This document shows positions 40,532 to 48,687 of a stretch of 64,000 nt of DNA, piece after piece; positions within the stretch are counted from its first letter, which is position 1, and the number at the start of each line of letters is the position of its first letter. The notes beneath the pieces are model-generated. The model did no database searches. It worked only from the letters and a program-made list of their open reading frames with translations, and was not told the DNA's origin. A program made the translations under genes and the position numbers. This stretch comes from an uncultured Opitutales bacterium (GTDB taxonomy: Bacteria; Myxococcota_A; UBA9160; SMWR01): NCBI GenBank assembly GCA_964194865.1, contig CAXMOC010000141.1, positions 8,370 to 72,369 of the forward strand, read 5' to 3'.

Positions 40532-40984
40532 TCACGGGCTGGCCGCCTCTTCCAGAAACGCTTCTAGAAACGCCGCCAGGGCGCTGGTGATGGAGGCCTG
40601 CGAAGCGAACGGGAAGCTCTGGCACGGTCCTTCCGCCTTGCCGGTTCGAAACGGTCCGACCAGGGTGATCTCCCCTCGACTCTTGGCGATCACGATGGCC
40701 TTGTGGCGGCCGCGCGTGAGGTCGAACTCCACCGCCCGCAGATGCTTCTCGTCGACGCGCGCCTCGCCCAAATCGATCCGTAGGTGAGGGGCTCCGGCGC
40801 GCTCGGCAGCCCGGTGAAAGCCATCCAGCGCGCTGGCGATCCGTTCACGCAGCGAGTCGAGCTGTTCTCGCGCTGCCCGGAGATCGGCGCTGTGAGCCGA
40901 CTCCCTGGCCCCGAGCGTCTGGCCGAGCTTGGCCAGCCGGGAATCGAGGTCTGACGCGGAATTCGACGAGGGGGGTTGAGCCAC
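40532..40984 (-). CDS. Hypothetical protein
   Basis: 150-aa ORF filling the gap, co-oriented with neighbours. Confidence 0.6.
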   Translation of the reverse strand: MAQPPSSNSASDLDSRLAKLGQTLGARESAHSADLRAAREQLDSLRERIASALDGFHRAAERAGAPHLRIDLGEARVDEKHLRAVEFDLTRGRHKAIVIAKSRGEITLVGPFRTGKAEGPCQSFPFASQASITSALAAFLEAFLEEAASP

Positions 40985-41094
40985 GGGGGTGGAACTTACC
41001 GGCGGCCGGCGCGGTGGACCACAGGGACCGCCCCGGGGCGGCGGCCGAGCCTGCGAGGACGGATGCGTCAGGGCGGGGGCGGAGTCGGGCTTGG

Positions 41095-42519
41095 CTACAG
41101 GGCTTCGTCGCTGGCGACGAAGTTGCCGGAGTCCAGCTGGGCGAGCATCACGTCACGATGGGCTCGGAAGCTGTCCTGGGCCTCGGACGGCAGCGGCGGG
41201 CCTTCGGGGCTCGGTATCCGCGCCGGATTCACATATTTTCCGTTCTTGGCAACTCGAAAACACACGTGCGGTCCCGTCGCCAACCCGGTGCTTCCGACGT
41301 AGCCGATCACCTGTTTCTGGTCGACTGGCTGTCCGGCGCGCAGTCCGCTCGCGTAGCGGGAGAGGTGCGCGTAGTACGACACATAGCCGTTGGGGTGGCG
41401 GATCTTGACGAGGTTCCCGAACCCGCCGGTCCAGGACTTGTGAATGACCTCACCCCCGGAAACCGCATAGACTGGGGTCCCCGAAGGGGCGGCGTAGTCG
41501 ATCCCGTGGTGGGGACGAGTGATCTTGAGGATGGGGTGGCGGCGCGCGGAGGAGTAGCGCGAGCTGACGCGTGCATAGCGCAACGGGGCCATCAGGAACT
41601 GGCGCTCGACCGAGCTGCCGTCGGGTCGGTAGTAGCCACCGTGGCCTTCTTCGGCTTCGAAGTACACGGCGGTGTGCTCTCCCGCCTCCCCGCCGTAACG
41701 AGCCGCCAGGATGCGGCCGGGACGCACGAAGCGCTCCTCCCCACCTTCATCGATCCGGTACAGCTGCTCGTAGAGGATGCGAAACTCGTCGCCCGGCCTG
41801 ACCATTCGCGAGAAGTCGACGTCGTAGGCGAAGACGTCGGCGAAGTCACCGGCAAGCTGGGCTTCTGCACCGAGGTCGGTGATCGCTCCGTAGAGGCTGG
41901 AGGTGATGATCCCCGCGACGATCACGTTCCGGGGCCGAAGCTGAGCTTCGTCCCTGGCGACGCTGTAGCCACCCTCACGATCGCGTCGCAGCGTGTAGCG
42001 GACGATCGCCGAGGTCCGGTAGTCGAACGCTGCGAGCTCACCGTCGCCATCCTGAACCAGTCGGTAGCTGTGTCCGGGCTGCGATCGACGGAAGTCGAAG
42101 TGGCCGCCCAACTCTCGTACGATGCGGTCGACGACACCGGCACTGACGCCCTGCTCTCCCATAGAGCGCGCGAGCGTCTCGCCCCGGCGAAGCTCTCCTT
42201 CTACGATCCGCGTCTCTGCGACGGTGGGCGCCGGCGAATCGCTCTGGACCTGCATCGAGGCAGGCGGGGCGACCGCCTCCAAACTGGACGATTCGGCGAG
42301 GATCGGCGCCTCGTCAACGACCGTCGGCAGCGGCTCCAGAACCCCAGGGGGCCGTGAGGCGGAAGCTCCAAACCCCTCGTCACCCGTGGGATCCGCAGCG
42401 CTCGAAGAACCGATTGCCGACAGCGCAACCAGCCCGCCCAACGCCGCACACACTCCTACACCGAGAAGTGAGACCAGCGCAATCGGTCGCCGGTTGGACG
42501 AAGTTCGGCCCGAACGCAT
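41095..42519 (-). CDS. M23 family peptidoglycan DD-endopeptidase (MepM-like)
   Basis: N-terminal TM, RRHPILK...HHGIDYAA, YAHLS, GSTGLATGPHV; start uncertain. Confidence 0.9.
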   Translation of the reverse strand: MRSGRTSSNRRPIALVSLLGVGVCAALGGLVALSAIGSSSAADPTGDEGFGASASRPPGVLEPLPTVVDEAPILAESSSLEAVAPPASMQVQSDSPAPTVAETRIVEGELRRGETLARSMGEQGVSAGVVDRIVRELGGHFDFRRSQPGHSYRLVQDGDGELAAFDYRTSAIVRYTLRRDREGGYSVARDEAQLRPRNVIVAGIITSSLYGAITDLGAEAQLAGDFADVFAYDVDFSRMVRPGDEFRILYEQLYRIDEGGEERFVRPGRILAARYGGEAGEHTAVYFEAEEGHGGYYRPDGSSVERQFLMAPLRYARVSSRYSSARRHPILKITRPHHGIDYAAPSGTPVYAVSGGEVIHKSWTGGFGNLVKIRHPNGYVSYYAHLSRYASGLRAGQPVDQKQVIGYVGSTGLATGPHVCFRVAKNGKYVNPARIPSPEGPPLPSEAQDSFRAHRDVMLAQLDSGNFVASDEAL

Positions 42520-42642
42520 TGAGTTCGACAACCCCCCTAATACCGTGACGCGGTGCGTATAGTTAGCTTTCGGCGCGCGATCGCGCACGGTAAATACTTC
42601 TTTTGGCTTGTGGGACAGCACAGAGATGACACAGGTCGCGAT

Positions 42643-44190
42643 ATGAGTGCAAACCCCCTCAGTCCCGAGATGCGCGGATCAGGCCGGCACCGAGCCTCAA
42701 GTGTTCAGTCTAGAAGGCTTTTCCGGCGCCGAGCGAGCGGTGTCGGCGCTCCGCTCGCAGCTCTTCTCCGAGGGGCTGTGGGTTTCTTGCTCCTGCCGTG
42801 GCCGCTGGCGTGTGCGGTTTCCGGAGGCGCGGGGCTGCTCGGCGACGACCCGGCGGCCTCCATGGAGGAGCGCGCCGCGCGGCTGCTCTCCAGCGCAATC
42901 CGGATCAAGACCGCGAATCCGCCCGGCGACGAGAAGCCACTGGCCGAGTACTTCGCCCAGGTGCTCGCCTCGGCCGGGCTCGAGGCGCAGGTCGTCGATA
43001 CGCCGCCGGGCAACTCCACCCTCGGGCGGGCGGCCGCCTGGGGAGTTGTGCGCGGACGCGGTGAGCGCCGACCGATCGTGCTGCTCTCGCATCTCGACGT
43101 AGTTCCCGCCGAGCCCGAGGACTGGCAGCACGATCCTTTCGGGGGGGTCCGCGACGGAGACGCCATAATCGGTCGCGGGGCGCTGGACGCGAAGGGCGTC
43201 TCGGTCGTGCACCTGCTGACGCTGTTGAGTCTCGCGCGGCGCGAGCACCCCTTGCGTCGAGACGTCGTCTTCCTGGCGACTCCCGACGAGGAGAGCGGGG
43301 GCCTGGACGGTGCCGGCTACATCGCGCGCGAGCGATCCGACCTGCTGGGCGGCGCCGAGTATCTGCTCACCGAGGGCGGAAGCATCCTGGCCCGAGGTCG
43401 CGACGAGCCGGCCCTCTGGCGGATTGGCGTCGTGGAGAAGGGGCCCTGCTGGCTGCGCGTCGCGTCCCACGGAACCGCCGGACACAGTTCCGTACCACCC
43501 CGCGACGCAGCGGTTCCCCGCCTGATTGCGGCTCTCGAACGCGTGAGCCAGATCGAGTCGCCGATTCGCGTTGTCCCCGAAGTCGCGCGCATGTACCGGG
43601 CCCTGGCGCCGCTGGCGGCGGCGGAAGACGCGGTGGGCTACGCGGATCTCGCGCACCACCTCGCGGCGGATCCGGAGTTTCGCGACCGCTTCATGACCAT
43701 CCCGTTTCAGGCGGCACTGGTAAGCAACACCATGACCACCACGGTACTCGAGGGCAGCTCGCGCACCAATGTGGTTCCCGCGGAGGCCGTCGCCCACCTC
43801 GACGCTCGGCTGCTACCCGGAGAGAGCTGCGAGCTGTTCGCCGATGAGGTTCGAGCGGCGATAGCAGATTCGGGTATTACGGTCGAACCCCTGCTCGCTT
43901 TCGACTCGCGCAGCTCCCCCACCGATACCGCCCTCTATCGCGCCATCGAGGCGATCGCCGCGCGCTCGGAACCGCCGGGGCTCGCGGTTGCGAGCGTGAC
44001 GATCGGCTTCACCGACGCCCACTATTTCCGAGACCTGGGGGTGACCTCCTACGGATTCACACCACGCGCCTTGCGGAGCGGAGACTTACGGGGCGTACAC
44101 GGCCACGACGAGCGCGCCGCCCTTGGGCCGCTGGCCGAAGCCGTGGCGACCCTCATCGAGATTCTCGAAGAACTCGATCGCCGCGACTGA
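42643..44190 (+). CDS. M20/M25/M40 family metallohydrolase (start uncertain)
   Basis: SHLDVVP, GRGALDAKG, DEESGG, GHSS, HGHDE; possible signal/lipobox PLAC. Confidence 0.85.
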   Translation: MSANPLSPEMRGSGRHRASSVQSRRLFRRRASGVGAPLAALLRGAVGFLLLPWPLACAVSGGAGLLGDDPAASMEERAARLLSSAIRIKTANPPGDEKPLAEYFAQVLASAGLEAQVVDTPPGNSTLGRAAAWGVVRGRGERRPIVLLSHLDVVPAEPEDWQHDPFGGVRDGDAIIGRGALDAKGVSVVHLLTLLSLARREHPLRRDVVFLATPDEESGGLDGAGYIARERSDLLGGAEYLLTEGGSILARGRDEPALWRIGVVEKGPCWLRVASHGTAGHSSVPPRDAAVPRLIAALERVSQIESPIRVVPEVARMYRALAPLAAAEDAVGYADLAHHLAADPEFRDRFMTIPFQAALVSNTMTTTVLEGSSRTNVVPAEAVAHLDARLLPGESCELFADEVRAAIADSGITVEPLLAFDSRSSPTDTALYRAIEAIAARSEPPGLAVASVTIGFTDAHYFRDLGVTSYGFTPRALRSGDLRGVHGHDERAALGPLAEAVATLIEILEELDRRD

Positions 44191-44234
44191 GCCGAGGCGC
44201 CCGGCGGCGCCCGATCCAGAACGCCCGTTCCAGA

Positions 44235-45578
44235 CTATTGGGATTCCTGGATGGCCTTGTGGAGAGCTTCGAAGAGAGGCTCGACCTCGTCGACTTCGAG
44301 ACAGGAGAAAGCGATCCGGAGATCCGTCGGCCCCACCGCGATGACTCCGATCCCATACTGGTCCAGCAGGCGGAGACGCACCTTCTCGGCGTCTACTCCC
44401 CTCGCGCGGACGCACATGAAGTAGCCGCTGTTGAAGGGGTACACGTCCCAGCTTTCCTTGAAGCGCGGCGCTCGGGCGACGGCGTAGACCTTCTCCGCCC
44501 GGGTCGACAACGTCTCCAGCTTCTCGAGGCGTTCGTCTACGAGCGACTCCGATTGGAGGGCCTTGAGGACGAGCGATTGAGAGAGCTGTGAAGTATTCGA
44601 GATCCCGCCGCGGATCGCGCCCCGCAGCTTGGCATCGAGCACCGCCGCTACCTCGTCGGCGTTGTCCGCGCTCCCCGGCCCAAGGGTCAAGAATCCACAG
44701 CGCAGGCCCCATACGAACAGCTCCTTGGTCGCGCCGTCGAGTTTGATGGCCAGTAGATTCGGGTGCCGATTCGCCAGCATGCCAAACAGCGACTCGGTCA
44801 GGCTCGGCGCGCCTAGGTGGTAGAAGAGCCCGAAGTACGCGTCGTCGATGACTGCAACCACCCGCGTTCCGGCCTCCGCACAGGCCACCAGAGCCGCGAC
44901 CATCTTCTGAGCTTCCGCGGGAGTGGGCATGTAGCCGGTGGGATTGTTCGGGAAGTTGAGCAGCACGATCAGCTTGTCGCGTCCTGCAGCGTTCTCCTCC
45001 AACGCCTGTGCGAAGCCGTCCGTGTTGAAGCCCTCGCCGTCGAAGAACTGAAACGTATTGATTTCGGCGCCGAGGCGAACCTCGTAGGCCAGACGATAAT
45101 TTCCCCACAGCTTGTCGGGCATCAGGATGCGATCGCCCGGATCGACGAACAGATCCCCCACGAGTGCGATTCCATGGGTAATGGCCGCGGTGACGACGGG
45201 TAGCCCCACCCGCTTGTCGCGCAGAGACGGGTTCTCGGCCAGTAGCTTCCGGAGCCAGCACTCGCGCAGCTCGGGCTGGCCGGCCGGTGGGGCGTAGTTG
45301 AATGCTTCGGCCGCATCGACGTCGACGAGGTATCGGGCGATGGAGGCCAGGTGCATCGGCTCCTCGCCCTCGGTCGCGATCCCGATCGTCGCGTTGAGGT
45401 GGGTCGCCTTCTGCTTGGCCTCCGCGCTCTGCGAGAGGATACCCTTGGGAAAGTAGAGCCGTCGGCCCAAGGACGAGAGCATCGCCGATACTTCGGGAGC
45501 AGCGGCGTCTAGCCTGGTGTTGAGGTCGCGGGCGAGCGGATTCAGATCGGCTTCGGATTGGCTTCGGTTCTGGCTCAT
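44235..45578 (-). CDS. PLP-dependent aminotransferase class I/II
   Basis: NATIG, NFPNNPTGY, DDAY, PLP lysine DGATKE...GLRCG, LRIAFS. Confidence 0.88.
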   Translation of the reverse strand: MSQNRSQSEADLNPLARDLNTRLDAAAPEVSAMLSSLGRRLYFPKGILSQSAEAKQKATHLNATIGIATEGEEPMHLASIARYLVDVDAAEAFNYAPPAGQPELRECWLRKLLAENPSLRDKRVGLPVVTAAITHGIALVGDLFVDPGDRILMPDKLWGNYRLAYEVRLGAEINTFQFFDGEGFNTDGFAQALEENAAGRDKLIVLLNFPNNPTGYMPTPAEAQKMVAALVACAEAGTRVVAVIDDAYFGLFYHLGAPSLTESLFGMLANRHPNLLAIKLDGATKELFVWGLRCGFLTLGPGSADNADEVAAVLDAKLRGAIRGGISNTSQLSQSLVLKALQSESLVDERLEKLETLSTRAEKVYAVARAPRFKESWDVYPFNSGYFMCVRARGVDAEKVRLRLLDQYGIGVIAVGPTDLRIAFSCLEVDEVEPLFEALHKAIQESQ

Positions 45579-45610
45579 CGAGAGATCCTGCGAGGCGCGC
45601 TCGCCGGAAT

Positions 45611-46156
45611 CTACAATCGACGCTGCAGGACGTCCATCCAAGGGTCGAAGCCGAGCGCCCGCCAGAAGCTCCCCCCCTCGGCATTTTCCGCCGCGACCCG
45701 AATTTCGCAGCGCGCCAGGCCGCGCTCGGCCAACCAGCTCAGGCAGTCTTCGACCAGCGCCCGGCCGATTCCGCGACGACGCTGGCCTGGGCTCACGATC
45801 AGCTCGGTGATCTCCGCTCGCTGGGTCTCGACCATGATTCGGGGAGCGCGATCGACGCGCACCGAGCAGAAGCCGGCGAGACCCGTTTCACCCTCACACA
45901 CCAACAGGGCCGCGTCAGCATCCCGAAGGGTCGCCTCCAGCAGCCGACGGACTTCGGAATCGGCGCCAGCGCGGAGCGCGAAAGCCGAATCGAGGCCCGC
46001 GTGATGCTCGTTGAGCGCGAGCCAGAGGGACACCAAGGCGTCGAGGTCGCGGGGGACCGCTCGACGAATACGCTGGCGTTCAGTCGACGTAGCCGAGGGC
46101 TTCCAGGGCGCGGCGTCCCCGATCGTTGGCCTTTTCGTTCGGCGTCTTCCCGTCAC
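45611..46156 (-). CDS. GNAT family N-acetyltransferase (start uncertain)
   Basis: IRRA...DL, acetyl-CoA motif VSPGQRRRGIGRALV, N...FWRALGF. Confidence 0.85.
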   Translation of the reverse strand: MTGRRRTKRPTIGDAAPWKPSATSTERQRIRRAVPRDLDALVSLWLALNEHHAGLDSAFALRAGADSEVRRLLEATLRDADAALLVCEGETGLAGFCSVRVDRAPRIMVETQRAEITELIVSPGQRRRGIGRALVEDCLSWLAERGLARCEIRVAAENAEGGSFWRALGFDPWMDVLQRRL

Positions 46157-46817
46157 TCTTGAGGCCCTCGGTCGCCGACGAGCGCGTCATCTTGAAGGTT
46201 CCATGCCGGCTGCCATCGCGCTCGAACGATCCGCTCATGCTGCCATCTTCGGACCCGATCACCGTCGTGGTATAGAGCGTCACCCCGTCGAGGTCTTCCG
46301 AGCGCTCGGAGCCGAGCACGTCTTCCCGCCGGAAGATCGGCCCCGTGTCGCCGGAGTCGATGTTCCAATGCTCGACGTAGCTGATCACCGAAGCCGAGGC
46401 GGCCGTATTCCTCGAGAACGACGCCCAGTTGCCATCCGAGTTCTTCAGCGTCTTGGATTTCATTCCCCGTTCGTTGACGGCGAGGCCATCCTTGATGTCT
46501 GCGAGCTGGCTCGGGCTGGGCTCCCAGAACTCCAGGACGCGGGAGCTGCGGCCAAGGGATCGATCGAAGCGGCCCGACTGGTCGTCGAAGACGACGATGG
46601 GGTAATCGGTCCAGCGCAGGCGGCTGCCCGTCTTCTCGAACACCCAGACCCGATCCTCCCAACGCTCGCGCTCGGGATGGGGTGCGTTGTCGTCCTTGTA
46701 ATGGACCAGTACGTGCCAGGTGCCCGCGAGGTCCGGCGAATCGCCTGAAACTGCCACTGGAGCAAACAGCGCGCTCGCCGCCAGCAGGCCCAGGGTGACG
46801 AGAAGTCGGGCGCTCAA
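46080..46817 (-). CDS. Hypothetical exported protein
   Basis: TTG overlapping the thyX TGA with GAGGTGGAG SD; signal peptide MSARLLVTLGLLAASALFAPVAVSG; beta-rich body. Confidence 0.7.
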   Translation of the reverse strand: MSARLLVTLGLLAASALFAPVAVSGDSPDLAGTWHVLVHYKDDNAPHPERERWEDRVWVFEKTGSRLRWTDYPIVVFDDQSGRFDRSLGRSSRVLEFWEPSPSQLADIKDGLAVNERGMKSKTLKNSDGNWASFSRNTAASASVISYVEHWNIDSGDTGPIFRREDVLGSERSEDLDGVTLYTTTVIGSEDGSMSGSFERDGSRHGTFKMTRSSATEGLKSDGKTPNEKANDRGRRALEALGYVD

Positions 46818-48349
46818 ATGGTTCGCTCCACCTCGGGAAAGGTTCTCCATACCGTTACTCCACAGAAGTGCGATCCCTCGGTGCAGCGCGGGCGGACGAC
46901 TCCGGTGCGCACGAAGCACGGTGGACCGACGTGTCGGATCAGACTTGGGTGAACGGCGCCCACTTGCTCGATCTCGTCCATTGAAGCGTTCCAGATCTCG
47001 CGTTGCGCGTTGAGGCAGGTTCGCATCGTCCACTTATGGATCAAGTCGAGCAAGCTGCCAGACTCGACGAAGCGAATCGCCACGGCGTTGGGAAGTGCGT
47101 AGAGCGCCAGCTCGGGCTCGACACCTGCGCCCAGCAGCTGTTCGCGCGCGTGCCAGGCCGCGCCGACGGCCTCGGTGAACAGGGCGTGGCAGCCGGGATC
47201 GTCGCGAATCAGCTCCGGCTCGACGACGTCCACCGTCGCCGGAACCGTTCGCGAAAGCAGCGGGCGGGAGCCGGGCACGGTGCGGTGGCGTTGATCCTGG
47301 GAATCCGCGGTGTGTGAGAGCTTCTTTCTGAAGGTGTAGTGCGCGTGGGTCAGGGCGCGCATGATGGGCGCGTGGGTCGAAATGTTCAGCGTATCGACCC
47401 GATAGGAGTTCTGAGACGGATCGAGCACCAGCTCCAGCGCGGCGTCATCCTCCAGCTCATAACGACCCAGCACGTGGCGAACCGCGTCGGCGACCACTTC
47501 CGGACCCCGGGCGCTGTAGTCGATCAGGCGGGAGCAGCGACCGTCGAGAAATTTGTCGAAGGACTCTGTGCCGGCGGGGTCGCCAACTCCGGGCTCCGCG
47601 AGTTGCCGCTCGACCACCTCGTCCGCTTCTCGCGCCGGCTCGCCGACGCGAGCGAAGAAGTCGGGATCGATGCGTTCGACCTCGGCAACCATCCGCCCCA
47701 CCACGTCGGCTGCCTCGCGCGGAACGTCGCTGGCCGACACCATCCGGCGCAGGCGGTGGAGCACGATCCCCGAGACGGTGTAGACCATCGCCGTGTGGCA
47801 GGCGATCGGGATCACGTAGCGAGCAGTCTCGATCGCGCGCTTCTCCGCTTCACGCGCGATGCTCTTGCCAAAGGCAGTCGATTTGCGCGCCGACAGACGC
47901 CACAGGTCCGAGAGGATTCGATACGTCAAGGGTGTCAGACGTTCGGTCAGCTCACGGTAGGCTTGCCAGGAACGCTCGATGGAAGCCTCGAGTATCTCGC
48001 GCGCCCGACCCTCGAGCTTGGGGGGAACGTGTGCGGTCACCTCGTCGAGCTTCACGTAGCGTTGGCTCTGCTGCTCCGTGTTGTAGAACGGAAATCCATG
48101 CAGAAACGACCACACGAGCTGGCGGGAGATACCCGAGAGTGCAAACTCGAATGTGGCGTGCTGATACACCGTGTGGTGACCACCGTCGTAAGTCAGAGGA
48201 CCGATGCTTTGACGTTGGCGCTCGGTGATTTCTTCGGGGTCGATGACCCTGGACGAGTAACAGGTGCGCGCCGCCGAGATGGCGTCGTCGTAGGGACGAT
48301 CGAACCAGCTGCGCAGGCGGACATCCGGTCCGCGATCGATGATTGCCAC
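46814..48349 (-). CDS. thyX: FAD-dependent thymidylate synthase with two tandem ThyX domains
   Basis: AARTCYS, GHHTVYQH...F...GISR, EQQSQRY, ARYVIP; second repeat LTHAHYTF, QRHR, YALPNA, RTCLNAQREI. Confidence 0.85.
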   Translation of the reverse strand: MAIIDRGPDVRLRSWFDRPYDDAISAARTCYSSRVIDPEEITERQRQSIGPLTYDGGHHTVYQHATFEFALSGISRQLVWSFLHGFPFYNTEQQSQRYVKLDEVTAHVPPKLEGRAREILEASIERSWQAYRELTERLTPLTYRILSDLWRLSARKSTAFGKSIAREAEKRAIETARYVIPIACHTAMVYTVSGIVLHRLRRMVSASDVPREAADVVGRMVAEVERIDPDFFARVGEPAREADEVVERQLAEPGVGDPAGTESFDKFLDGRCSRLIDYSARGPEVVADAVRHVLGRYELEDDAALELVLDPSQNSYRVDTLNISTHAPIMRALTHAHYTFRKKLSHTADSQDQRHRTVPGSRPLLSRTVPATVDVVEPELIRDDPGCHALFTEAVGAAWHAREQLLGAGVEPELALYALPNAVAIRFVESGSLLDLIHKWTMRTCLNAQREIWNASMDEIEQVGAVHPSLIRHVGPPCFVRTGVVRPRCTEGSHFCGVTVWRTFPEVERTI

Positions 48350-48400
48350 AAGCCCCCCGGGACAGGTCTACTCTGACAGAGACCCTCCCCTGCAGCAACG

Positions 48401-48437
48401 TTTCCAAAGATGGGAAATTGTTTTCCCAATCTGAAAG
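48401..48437. promoter_or_regulatory. Tandem imperfect palindromes TTTCC-N7-GGAAA and TTTTC-N7-GAAAG (candidate upstream activator sites)
   Basis: AT-rich sites 20 bp apart, ~110-150 bp upstream of a sigma54 promoter. Confidence 0.5.
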
Positions 48438-48547
48438 CTGCCAGCCGGCCCTCGACTGCCGGGCCGCTTTCGTATTCTGAAGGGAATCAAAAGCGATCCC
48501 GATAGCTTGGAGGGAAAGCTGCCTCTACGATGCACGCCGTCCACGGT

Positions 48548-48562
48548 TGGCACGGCGCTTGC
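48548..48562 (+). promoter_or_regulatory. sigma54 (-24/-12) promoter
   Basis: TGGCACG-GCGC-TTGC matches the TGGCACG-N4-TTGC consensus; intergenic, upstream of 48688. Confidence 0.8.
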
Positions 48563-48687
48563 CGTGAGGAGCGCGGGGGGTTGCATCGGCGGGGCACATC
48601 CGCACGCGGGCCGCGAAGCGGCGACTCGGCCTCCCCAGAGAGGCACCGGGAGCGCCACCGCTCAACAGGGAGCCGAGCAGGCGTTCG

